DNA of 64,000 bases. Source: Candidatus Nomurabacteria bacterium. GTDB lineage: Bacteria; Patescibacteriota; Minisyncoccia; Phycocordibacterales; UBA9973. The notes below the pieces were generated by a model that made no database searches, had not been told where the DNA came from, and worked only from the letters and a program-made list of their open reading frames with translations. Position 1 is the stretch's first letter. Every line of letters starts with the position of its first letter. The position numbers were made by a program, and so were the translations under genes. The stretch spans positions 4,829 to 68,828 of the forward strand of contig CALRAL010000001.1 in assembly GCA_943350875.1 (NCBI GenBank), given 5' to 3'. Below, one piece after another: positions 37,000 to 46,088 of the stretch.

Positions 37000-38502
37000 T
37001 TAATTATAATATGAGTCAAACACTTGCACCTCCTTTTTGCTAATAAGAGTCTTCGTTTTGCCGATTTTTGCCTTATCAATATATGACCTATCCTCGATTG
37101 ATTTTTTAATCACTGCATCATCAATCCAATCTGTAACAAAGATATTTTGCGCTTCACCATCTACGGCTTTACACAATTTCTCATTAAGCGATAGTTTAAA
37201 TTTCAAACCAATCGACATTCTCTGTATCCAAATTTCAATTAGTCCAGTATTTGAAAGATTACAAATCTTATTCTGAATTTTTAGAAGTAGTTCTTTTTTA
37301 GATTTTATTGTTAGTTTTGATATACAACTCGATACTAAACCAGCGATCACGGGAAAAGCGTTTGGATTGTTATAAGCAATATCAATAAGCAAACTTGTTA
37401 TCAGTTTTTGTTGATTATAAAAATCTTTGTCATTAACCGCATCGAGAATTTTAGACAGTCTATTTTTAAGAGTTCCTGAATTTGGATGCCACTTTCCAAT
37501 TTGTTGGACAATCATTAACTGCCGGAGTAATTCTTTTTTTGATAATTTTTTAGGAACGGCTTCAAATTTAAGAGCCTCTATCTTGTCGGGTTTTATTGAG
37601 CCTGTAACAACATCGTCGCAAGAATATGTTTTATTAGTATTTAGACGGAAACCGAATCCTATCAGTGTTTCGCTTAGACATTTTAGAATTATATCTCCAT
37701 CCATTGTATCATTCGTGAAAATTCTATAATCATCTCGATACCGAAGTATGTGAAATTTTTTATCTTTCAACGTAGTATTAAGTTTGTTTGATAATTCAGT
37801 ATCAGCATAACCTAGGACTATCTCTGCTATAAAATCCATCAAAATACTTCCTTGTGGTATTCCATTAGTTTGACCATAAGACATTGCTTGAACATGGTGA
37901 TCAATTTTATTTCCAAATAAGTCTGCATATTTTTGCTTTTTCTTTGATTCTTCTTTTGTATGAATAGCCCAAGGTATTGAGTGCGTATAAATAGAGCCAT
38001 AACAATCAGTAATATCAGTCTGATATAAAAACTTATATTCCAAAGCTAGAGTTACAGATTTCTTTTCTACATTATTAACCCATTGCGAAATTTGAGATGC
38101 TCTTTGTTTAGATTTATATCTTGGCAATACAGGAATACTTTCGCATTCGATATTTTTATCACCTTGAAATTCTTTAAATCTATCTTGTAAAGATTTCCAG
38201 TTATCTTTCTGTGTGATTACATTTACTAGAGAAACATACAACAACGGGTTTATAATTTCATATTTTCTCCAAGCATATTTTCCATCCTTATTACCATATA
38301 AGATATGATTAACTGTTTCGTATTTTTTCGCTTTTTTAAGATCGTCAAATGTGAGTTCTTTATCTTTAAAATTCTTTGTAATAACAGAAAGTAATTTACT
38401 AAATGAAAAATAGGGTGGCAATTCTATATTAGAAAAGGATTCTTGGTTTATAAAGAATTTTTTTGCATCTGTTGGGTTTAAATTTAAGACATTTTTTGAC
38501 AT
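37000..38502 (-). CDS. Abi/UG-type (defence-associated) reverse transcriptase
   Basis: KDGKYAWR, TDITDCYGSIYTHSIPWA, GIPQGS, RYRDDY; subtype not determined. Confidence 0.85.
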   Translation of the reverse strand: MSKNVLNLNPTDAKKFFINQESFSNIELPPYFSFSKLLSVITKNFKDKELTFDDLKKAKKYETVNHILYGNKDGKYAWRKYEIINPLLYVSLVNVITQKDNWKSLQDRFKEFQGDKNIECESIPVLPRYKSKQRASQISQWVNNVEKKSVTLALEYKFLYQTDITDCYGSIYTHSIPWAIHTKEESKKKQKYADLFGNKIDHHVQAMSYGQTNGIPQGSILMDFIAEIVLGYADTELSNKLNTTLKDKKFHILRYRDDYRIFTNDTMDGDIILKCLSETLIGFGFRLNTNKTYSCDDVVTGSIKPDKIEALKFEAVPKKLSKKELLRQLMIVQQIGKWHPNSGTLKNRLSKILDAVNDKDFYNQQKLITSLLIDIAYNNPNAFPVIAGLVSSCISKLTIKSKKELLLKIQNKICNLSNTGLIEIWIQRMSIGLKFKLSLNEKLCKAVDGEAQNIFVTDWIDDAVIKKSIEDRSYIDKAKIGKTKTLISKKEVQVFDSYYN

Positions 38503-38527
38503 ATTCTTTAGTAAACATGGAACGGAA

Positions 38528-40435
38528 CTATCTCCATAAATCTAAAATCGTATTCCTAAGCAAAACATCCTCTTTATTTAGATTGTTTCTTAATTTCTCT
38601 ACTTCATCGTACTTTTTCACTATTTTTATTTGTTCTGAAATTGATGGTAGTGGAATATATATTTTTTCCAATAAATCAGGCGGTGTTAGATATTTTCTAT
38701 TTGTTGATCCAGATGAAGCATTTGCCACTATAGACTCAAAGTCGCCTGATGAAATCACAAGATTAAGAAATTTTGGCAAGATTAAGTCAGTGTTTAATTT
38801 TGCGGTAGCCATGTTCGAAGTCACAACACAATCAGAATAATCTTTAGTTATTAATCCGAATCCACCAGATTTTGTATCAACCTTACACCAGAACAAAGAA
38901 TCATTTTTAACCGGTCTATATTTTAGAGTTTTCTTTAATTCTTTTCCCTTTACAACTTTAGAAATAAAACATCCTTTACCATGCGACCGCACTCCAAGAA
39001 CTTTATATTCCTTTTCATCGACAAGTGATATGGGTTTCTCATTATAAAATGATAGTACTTTTGATAATTTTACAAAATCATCATTTTCAGCATTATGATT
39101 TTTCAAGTATTCATTAGCTAACAGCTTTGATTGTTTACTTAGTAAAATACTTTCTTTTTTAACTATATGAAATACTAAATTGGTTTTGTGTGCTAGTTTA
39201 TAACTTCCTAAAATTGATTTCTTGATTTCATCTAGCAATTCTACACATAATGGTAAATCATTTTTTTCAAATTCTTTTCTTTGTAACCCCAAATCATAGC
39301 CGTCATTTTGAATATCGATAAAATACACAGAATCACTCTTTTTTGAAATCTCTTTATCAAAAAAGAGTATATTTGTTTTGTTGTCTGCGTAAGGATTAAA
39401 AACTCCTGAGGGAAGTGAGATTACAGCCCACAACCAATTATCTTTAACCAATTTTGTTCTAAGAGATCTAAAAGAGCTTTGGGTGTTAAATACTACTCCT
39501 TCAGGAACGATTACTCCGCCTCTACCGTTAATCCCTAAATGTTCTAACATATAATCAACAAAAAGAACTTCCGCTTTATTTGCTTGAACAGAAAATCTTT
39601 TGTGTGGCTTGATTCCGCCTGTTGGTGTCATAAAGGGAGGATTTGCCATTATTACATCGTACATTTCGTCCCACTTCTCATCGCTTGAAAGTGTGTCGTA
39701 TTCAAAAATTTTAGGCTCGGCGAAACCATGCAAATACATATTTACTTTTGAAAGTTTTACCATGTCAGGAGAAATATCATAGCCGACTAAATTATTCATC
39801 AATTTTTCTTTTTCGTCGGGGGTAAGTGGCTTGTCTTTTTGTTGTTTGAGAATATGTTTGTATGCAGAAATTAAAAATCCAGCCGTACCGCAAGCAGGAT
39901 CTAAAATTTTATCTCCTTTCTTTGGGTCTACTACCTCGGCTATAAAATCAATAATGTGGCGTGGTGTGCGAAATTGTCCTGCATCGCCTTGAGAGCCGAG
40001 AATAGAGAGTAAATATTCAAAAGCATTTCCTAAATCTTCGCTGTGGTCATAAGTAAAACCGTTAATTTCTTTCAAAAACAAAGTTAAAGTTTCGGGACTT
40101 CGGTATGGAAGAAAGGCATCTTTGAAAATATCTCGGAATAATTGTGGGATGTGTGGATTTTGAGACATTTTAGCAACGGCTTCGCCATAAAGCTCTAAAC
40201 GCTCATGTCCACCGAGTTTTTGGTCAAGTAATTTCGTCCACGCATATTTTTCAAAACCTTTTGTGAAAAATCTTGCTTTTCCGCCAAGTTCAATCGCTTC
40301 TTTATCCATATCGTCCATAAACTTGTAAATCAAAGCCGTTGTGATTTGTTCAACTTGGGCTTTTGGGTCGGGGACTTTGCCGACAAGAATATTGCGGGCA
40401 GAGTCAATTTTTCGTTTTGTTTCTTGAGTAAGCAT
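38528..40435 (-). CDS. Type I-like N6 methyltransferase fused to a single specificity (TRD) domain
   Basis: GQFRTPRH, DPACGTAGFL, ANPPF; C-terminal IPLPSISEQ HsdS-like helix. Confidence 0.88.
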   Translation of the reverse strand: MLTQETKRKIDSARNILVGKVPDPKAQVEQITTALIYKFMDDMDKEAIELGGKARFFTKGFEKYAWTKLLDQKLGGHERLELYGEAVAKMSQNPHIPQLFRDIFKDAFLPYRSPETLTLFLKEINGFTYDHSEDLGNAFEYLLSILGSQGDAGQFRTPRHIIDFIAEVVDPKKGDKILDPACGTAGFLISAYKHILKQQKDKPLTPDEKEKLMNNLVGYDISPDMVKLSKVNMYLHGFAEPKIFEYDTLSSDEKWDEMYDVIMANPPFMTPTGGIKPHKRFSVQANKAEVLFVDYMLEHLGINGRGGVIVPEGVVFNTQSSFRSLRTKLVKDNWLWAVISLPSGVFNPYADNKTNILFFDKEISKKSDSVYFIDIQNDGYDLGLQRKEFEKNDLPLCVELLDEIKKSILGSYKLAHKTNLVFHIVKKESILLSKQSKLLANEYLKNHNAENDDFVKLSKVLSFYNEKPISLVDEKEYKVLGVRSHGKGCFISKVVKGKELKKTLKYRPVKNDSLFWCKVDTKSGGFGLITKDYSDCVVTSNMATAKLNTDLILPKFLNLVISSGDFESIVANASSGSTNRKYLTPPDLLEKIYIPLPSISEQIKIVKKYDEVEKLRNNLNKEDVLLRNTILDLWR

Positions 40436-40438
40436 AAT

Positions 40439-42925
40439 TTACATATAAGTATTTACGGACACATAATCTTTGACATATTCCGGTATCACTTCACGAAAGC
40501 CGTTTAGCTCTTTGAAATCTCCCATTGATACTTTTGGATTTGTAGCAAAACGACCATATTCTTTTGATTCCACAATCTCACGAATTTCATTGTCGGTTAT
40601 GTATGCCTTTAGGAAATTTTTGATTGGATAGTAATATTTGCTATCGGGTTTGTAGATAGAGATAAACTTTTCAAATTCTTCTTCCAAAAGCTCATCTTTA
40701 TTTTTGAATTTATCAAGGCGACCAAAAATTTTGTCTATGACTTCTCGTAGGGAAATGCGACGATCAACTTTTGCTGATTTTCGGAGTTTTTCAAGGTTGT
40801 AAAATTCCTGCGGTTTATCGAAAATCTCCGTTTTTACATATTCCTCAACGGCTTGCATATCGCCCTGTTCATATTTCTCTTTGATAAATGAATCAGCTTT
40901 GATTGTGTCCTCAAATTTCTCAAAGAGTTTCCTATCAACTTTCATTCCCTCAACGCCTACGGCTTTTTCGTTGAAAGTTTTAAGTGGGTCAGGAGTTCCA
41001 ATAATTATTTCGTCAATATCAACTCCTCCGCCACCTGTACCACCAGTTCCAATTTTTGGTATTTTTAGAATCTCGTCATAGTTAAACTTTTCCTCAAAAT
41101 ATTCGCAGTTTGCAAAGAAATCAAAAAGCTTGAATTTGTCTTTTTCGGTATTATTTTTGTCGCCATCGTTTTCAAACGAAAAAACATATTTTCTTGTACC
41201 ACGCCCTTTGATCTGAATGAAATCTGTCGGCGAGAAAATCGGGCGCATAAGTCCGAGGTTTAATATATTTTGGCAGTCATAGCCAGTAGTCATCATCCCG
41301 ACAGTTACGCAAACTCTCGTTTTACTTGATTTATACCCATCGAGCCATTTTGTATGTCCGTTGAGATTATCATTTGAAAAATTGATTGTGAATTGCTGGG
41401 CGTCGCTGATATTTGAAGTAACTTGAACGGCAAAATCGGAATTGTATTTATTCGGGTAGTGCTTATCAGCTAATTGGTTAAGTATTTGCGTAATTTTTGT
41501 CGCATGGTTTTGACTAACGCAATAAATAATACTTTTACCAATTTCTCCACTCACTGGATCAACAAGAGCATTTTTGAGAAAAGTTTCGCAAAAAATCGTG
41601 TTTGTCTTATCCGAGAAAAATTTCCTTTCAAAATCCTTTTGGTAAAAAGTTTGTTCCTCTTTTCCTTCCTCCGTATCAACAAGCAGAGAATATCCCTCAT
41701 CAGATAAAAGCTGTGTTGTTATTTCTGTTCGAGCGTCAGCAACGATAGGATTTACCAAAAATCCCTCTTTCACACCATCTAACAAGCTGTAACGGAAAGT
41801 TGGCTCACCGTTTTCGCAACCAAAAGTAGTGTATGTATCAAGAAGTTGCCGACGCTCCCAAGCTCGCGGGTCTTTTTCGCCTAATTTTACAGGGTCAATG
41901 CCTTTGAGATAATTTTTCGGTGTTGCTGTAAGTCCCAGTTTATACCCAACAAAGTATTCAAAAACCGCTCTGCTATTTCCGCCGATTGATCGGTGCGCTT
42001 CGTCTGAAATAATAAGGTCAAAATCTGTCGGAGAGAAAAGTTTTTGATATTTATCAGAAATGCTTTGAATCGTGGTAACGACAATTTCTGCCTTTCGCCA
42101 ATCATCACGATTTTCTTTATATATCACAGTCGTATAATCTTTTGAAAGCCACTTTTTGAAATTTTTTGCCGCCTGATCTTCAAGCTCTATGCGGTCTACT
42201 AAAAACAATACTCTTTTCGCGTTTCCTGTTTTAAGAAATAATTTTATAACGGCGGCACAAGTAAGGGTTTTACCTGTTCCAGTCGCCATTTCAAAAAGAT
42301 AACGATCTTTTCCACTACTAGCCCAGCCCTGTAATGCCTCAATCGCTTTCAACTGGTACGGACGCAGAAATTTTAGGTCGTATTCTTTTACAAGTTCAGA
42401 TTTCTTGTCGTCGTTCCATCGTGGGTCTTTTTGATAACTAGGATTTTGTGTTAGTGCGATATAATCGGCAGTCAATTTTTCGTCCGCAAGTTTTTTCGGG
42501 TCTGGTTTGAATGCTTCAAAATGCTTCAGAGATTCCTGTGTTGGGAAAACTGTAATTATTTGTGGATTACCTCGCTCCAAATCCCAAAAATAATGTATAT
42601 TGCCATTTGAAAGAATTATAAAACGAACATTGAGCGATTGAGCATATCGACGAGCCTGTTCTTTTCCGTTCAGAGGGTCTTTCTCTTCTGATTTCGCCTC
42701 CAAAACTAAATACGGGAAACCTTTTTCGTCGAGCAAGAGAAAATCGACAAAGCCATCTTTCGTTTTATCAAAATCATTACCAAGCTCATCAACGGCATTT
42801 TTTGTCAGCTTCACATTGTTTTCTAGAGCAATGTTTGCTGTGCCTTTTTCATCGTCAAAAAATCTCCAGTTGGATTCTTGAAGTAAATTATTGATTTTGA
42901 TTCTGGCTTTGGCTTCTTTTTGCAT
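40439..42925 (-). CDS. hsdR: Type I restriction subunit R (helicase/nuclease)
   Basis: VDF..VLEAK, LRPYQ, MATGTGKT, DEAHRS, GLTATP, QIKGRGTR. Confidence 0.88.
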   Translation of the reverse strand: MQKEAKARIKINNLLQESNWRFFDDEKGTANIALENNVKLTKNAVDELGNDFDKTKDGFVDFLLLDEKGFPYLVLEAKSEEKDPLNGKEQARRYAQSLNVRFIILSNGNIHYFWDLERGNPQIITVFPTQESLKHFEAFKPDPKKLADEKLTADYIALTQNPSYQKDPRWNDDKKSELVKEYDLKFLRPYQLKAIEALQGWASSGKDRYLFEMATGTGKTLTCAAVIKLFLKTGNAKRVLFLVDRIELEDQAAKNFKKWLSKDYTTVIYKENRDDWRKAEIVVTTIQSISDKYQKLFSPTDFDLIISDEAHRSIGGNSRAVFEYFVGYKLGLTATPKNYLKGIDPVKLGEKDPRAWERRQLLDTYTTFGCENGEPTFRYSLLDGVKEGFLVNPIVADARTEITTQLLSDEGYSLLVDTEEGKEEQTFYQKDFERKFFSDKTNTIFCETFLKNALVDPVSGEIGKSIIYCVSQNHATKITQILNQLADKHYPNKYNSDFAVQVTSNISDAQQFTINFSNDNLNGHTKWLDGYKSSKTRVCVTVGMMTTGYDCQNILNLGLMRPIFSPTDFIQIKGRGTRKYVFSFENDGDKNNTEKDKFKLFDFFANCEYFEEKFNYDEILKIPKIGTGGTGGGGVDIDEIIIGTPDPLKTFNEKAVGVEGMKVDRKLFEKFEDTIKADSFIKEKYEQGDMQAVEEYVKTEIFDKPQEFYNLEKLRKSAKVDRRISLREVIDKIFGRLDKFKNKDELLEEEFEKFISIYKPDSKYYYPIKNFLKAYITDNEIREIVESKEYGRFATNPKVSMGDFKELNGFREVIPEYVKDYVSVNTYM

Positions 42926-42931
42926 AAAAAT

Positions 42932-43135
42932 TTATTTCAAAAGTTCGCTACTGGAAATCCCCAACGCATTAGCAATCTTTTCCAAGGTGGAAAGAGTGGG
43001 GTTCATACGACCATTCTCAATATTGCTAATATATGCTCTATCCACACTCAAAGCGGTCGCAAGGTCTCCTTGCGACATATTCTTTTTCAGACGCCATTTT
43101 CTAAGGTTTTCACCTAATTTCTTGCCAGATGACAT
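42932..43135 (-). CDS. XRE-family HTH regulator (C-protein-like)
   Basis: SQGDLA...RAYISNIENGRMNPTLSTLEKIA; first gene of the R-M operon. Confidence 0.88.
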   Translation of the reverse strand: MSSGKKLGENLRKWRLKKNMSQGDLATALSVDRAYISNIENGRMNPTLSTLEKIANALGISSSELLK

Positions 43136-43191
43136 ATTTTGTATTTTATTCTCACTTGCATCATATTGCAATCGTGTAATATAATGCACAT

Positions 43192-43503
43192 AGCCCGACC
43201 GAGCCCCGTTTCCGCCCATACAATTTCAAAAAGAATCCCCCCGCGAAAAAAATTAGAATGAAAGGCGGAATGGGGCGAGGGCGGAGCGCCGAGGCTTTGC
43301 GAGGCGCTGGTCGGTATTAGTCAGCATCCGGATTGTTTTGGAAAAAAGTTCGGATTTTATTCAAGAGACACAGCCCTGAATGCAAATCGCCGTTTTCGCC
43401 AAAATGCGGAGCGTCGCAAAGCGACGCGACCGGAGTTTCCGCCAGAATTCGCCAAGGGTTTTTGAAATCCAAAAGGAGCGAGCGGGACGCGAGGCGGGGG
43501 TTC
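43192..43503. repeat. Element 2 internal IR-B plus IR-A (intact attP-like copy)
   Basis: Inverted copies of both element ends joined at CAGC 43371-43374. Confidence 0.9.
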
Positions 43504-43586
43504 TCTGTTCTCCGAACAGTCAAAACAAAGTTTTGTGAGCCAATCTTGAAGCGATAATTATCAATATTTAACATAAACCTTTTTCT

Positions 43587-45125
43587 ATGAACAAATTCTT
43601 TCTCTACGCTAGAAAATCTACCGACGAGCCCGATCGTCAGATTTTGAGTATTGAAGCGCAGATTGACGAGTTGAAAGAATTTGCCACGCGAGAGCAGTTA
43701 GAGATTCTTGAAACTTTTATTGAATCACAGACCGCTAAAGAGCCGGGTAGACCTATTTTCAACAATATGCTCTCGCTCATAGAAAAAGGAAAAGCGTCGG
43801 GAATTTTAGCTTGGCACCCCGATAGATTAGCGAGAAATAGTATTGATGGCGGAAAGATAATCTATCTGTGCGACCTTGGCAAAATTAAAGAGCTAAAATT
43901 CCCGACCTTTTGGTTTGATGCTACGCCACAAGGTAAGTTTATGTTAAATATTGCTTTTGGGCAGAGCAAATACTATGTAGATAATCTTTCAGAGAATGTA
44001 AAGCGTGGACTTCGACAAAAAGTAAGACGAGGCGAACAAAGTGGTCAAGCTCCGACAGGATATTTGAATGACAAACTAAACAAGAAAATTATTCCCGACC
44101 CTGAAAGATTTCGCCTCGTCAGGAAAATGTTCGAAGTCTACGCTACTGGAAATTATTCTCTGAAAGAAACAAGGAATTTGCTCGCCCAAAAGGGCTTGGT
44201 GTCTAAAAATGGTAAAGTTCTCACTATTTCAAACACACAAATGATATTGAAAAATCCTTTTTACTACGGAATGTTTTTATTTAATCGAGAACTTTACCAA
44301 GGAAAGCACGAGCCAGCGATTTCAAAGAAACTTTTTGATAAGTGCGCAGAGGTATCGGCGAGGAACGCTCACCCAACAAAGCGAGGAATTATCAAACACA
44401 CTTTTCGCGGAATATTTTTTTGCGGAGAATGTGGCTGTGGTATCACCAGCGAAATACAAAAAGGTCATACCTATTATCGTTGCACCAAAAAGAAAGGTGT
44501 TTGCACACAAAAATATATCCGCGAAGAATTCCTCGCCGAACGAGTAAATGAGACTATCAAAAAGGTTTCTTTGCCGTCCGAGTGGAAAGAATTCATGCTC
44601 GCTGAACTAGATAAGGAGCAAGCGAGCAGTTTCCACTCTGACGAGCTTTTCGTTCAAAATTTGAAAAATCAAATCAAAAGTGTTGAGGAGACGCTGGACA
44701 GGCTTCTTGACGCTCATTTGGACAGCACAATTACGAGCGATGAGTATATCGCCAAAAAGCAAAAGCTCCTCAACCAGAAAATTGATTTTTCAGAGAAATT
44801 GAAAGATTTTGAACGAAAAGGCAATCGCTGGCTCGAACTTTCTAAACAATTTATTTTAGACAGCAACCAAGCCTTAATTATCGCTTCCGAAGAAAATCTC
44901 GAAGCCAAAAGAGATTTTCTTAAAAAGATTGGCTCGAACCCCCGCCTCGCGTCCCGCTCGCTCCTTTTGGATTTCAAAAACCCTTGGCGAATTCTGGCGG
45001 AAACTCCGGTCGCGTCGCTTTGCGACGCTCCGCATTTTGGCGAAAACGGCGATTTGCATTCAGGGCTGCGGGTCAGGGACTCGAACCCCAATACCATCCT
45101 CCAGAGGGATGTGTCCTACCGTTAG
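43587..45125 (+). CDS. Large serine recombinase
   Basis: YARKST, DRLARN, CGECG...YYRC; clear homolog of 22901-24493; ends in antisense tRNA-Gln. Confidence 0.95.
   Translation: MNKFFLYARKSTDEPDRQILSIEAQIDELKEFATREQLEILETFIESQTAKEPGRPIFNNMLSLIEKGKASGILAWHPDRLARNSIDGGKIIYLCDLGKIKELKFPTFWFDATPQGKFMLNIAFGQSKYYVDNLSENVKRGLRQKVRRGEQSGQAPTGYLNDKLNKKIIPDPERFRLVRKMFEVYATGNYSLKETRNLLAQKGLVSKNGKVLTISNTQMILKNPFYYGMFLFNRELYQGKHEPAISKKLFDKCAEVSARNAHPTKRGIIKHTFRGIFFCGECGCGITSEIQKGHTYYRCTKKKGVCTQKYIREEFLAERVNETIKKVSLPSEWKEFMLAELDKEQASSFHSDELFVQNLKNQIKSVEETLDRLLDAHLDSTITSDEYIAKKQKLLNQKIDFSEKLKDFERKGNRWLELSKQFILDSNQALIIASEENLEAKRDFLKKIGSNPRLASRSLLLDFKNPWRILAETPVASLCDAPHFGENGDLHSGLRVRDSNPNTILQRDVSYR
44936..45068. 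repeat. Element 2 IR-A outer copy (133 bp)
   Basis: Reverse complement of 43371-43503. Confidence 0.92.
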
Positions 45126-45136
45126 ACGAACCCGCA
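45066..45136 (-). tRNA. tRNA-Gln(CTG), integration target of element 2
   Basis: TGCGGGT/ACCCGCA acceptor; CATCC-CTCTGGA-GGATG; GGTTCGAGTCC. Confidence 0.92.
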
Positions 45137-45192
45137 ATATAATGATAGAATAATACAATAATAGTTTTTAATCAAATAGTTTTAAATTCATT

Positions 45193-45654
45193 ATGAAAAA
45201 TAAATCGTTTTCTTTTATTATAGGTATTATTGTAGTCTTAGTGGCTGTTGTAGTCGTATTTATAGGTAATAGCAACAAAAAGATTATTGACTATAAAGCA
45301 AAAACACCTATCCAAAATAACATTAACATTGTCGATAATACAAAAAATACAGTAATTCCGCCTAATAATACAAATATAGGTAGCATTTCTAATACACCAA
45401 ATTCTCCTGCTCCATCTATAAAATCATACACCCTTACTGATGTTGCAAAACATGCTAGCAGTTCTGATTGTTGGACTACCATAAATGGTGCAGTCTATAA
45501 TGTGACGCCTTTTATTTCTCAACATCCCGGTGGAGAAGAAGCTATAATGAGTCTTTGCGGTATAGATGGTTCTGATGGTTTTAATGGTCAGCATGGTGGA
45601 CAACGTCGTCCAGCCAGTGAGCTTGCAAATTTTAAAATAGGGGTATTAAAATAA
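45193..45654 (+). CDS. Membrane-anchored cytochrome b5-like heme-binding protein
   Basis: DVAKH..DCW..VYNVT..HPGG..DGS..QHG. Confidence 0.88.
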   Translation: MKNKSFSFIIGIIVVLVAVVVVFIGNSNKKIIDYKAKTPIQNNINIVDNTKNTVIPPNNTNIGSISNTPNSPAPSIKSYTLTDVAKHASSSDCWTTINGAVYNVTPFISQHPGGEEAIMSLCGIDGSDGFNGQHGGQRRPASELANFKIGVLK

Positions 45655-45686
45655 TTTTAAAAAACAAAAACAAAGATATAAATATT

Positions 45687-46088
45687 ATGAATAAATTAAA
45701 AATATTTGCGCCAATAGTTTTACGCTTAGGAATGGTTTTTGTATTTGTTTGGTTTGGACTCAATCAACTTTTAAATCAATCGATGTGGGTTTCGCTCATA
45801 CCAGTTTGGATTGTGAATGCGACAGGTATCAGTGCTGGAGCATTTGTGGTGATAAATGGTTTATTTGAAATTATTATGGCCATGATGCTTTCTTTTGGTT
45901 TTCATATTCGCTTGGTTGCTACACTATTGTTCCTACATTTAGCGATGATTGTTTCTGATGTGGGTCTTTCTGCAGTAGGTGTTCGAGATGTTGGGCTAAT
46001 GTTTGGTTTGCTTTCTGTGGCTTTTCAAGGAGCTGATATTTATTCTTATGATGAGGTAGAAATAGTATCTGAAATGAGTCCGCAATAA
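45687..46088 (+). CDS. DoxX-family membrane protein
   Basis: VLRLG, GLFEI, RDVGL; 4 TM helices. Confidence 0.75.
   Translation: MNKLKIFAPIVLRLGMVFVFVWFGLNQLLNQSMWVSLIPVWIVNATGISAGAFVVINGLFEIIMAMMLSFGFHIRLVATLLFLHLAMIVSDVGLSAVGVRDVGLMFGLLSVAFQGADIYSYDEVEIVSEMSPQ

Larger units (their letters stand above)
35583..45068. mobile_element. tRNA-Gln-integrated serine recombinase element 2 (defence cargo) with two inverted-repeat pairs
   Basis: GCTG core at both ends; IR-B 35583-35765/43192-43374; IR-A 43371-43503/44936-45068. Confidence 0.87.

Noticed and set aside
37000-38502. RT as a retron or group II intron
   Set aside because: No VTG retron motif, only 25 bp upstream for msr-msd, and no intron domain V/VI; motifs fit the Abi/UG class.
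43317-43574. 85-aa ORF as an independent gene or RDF
   Set aside because: It is mostly a copy of the recombinase C-terminus within the IR and lacks an ATG start; expression cannot be excluded but is unsupported.
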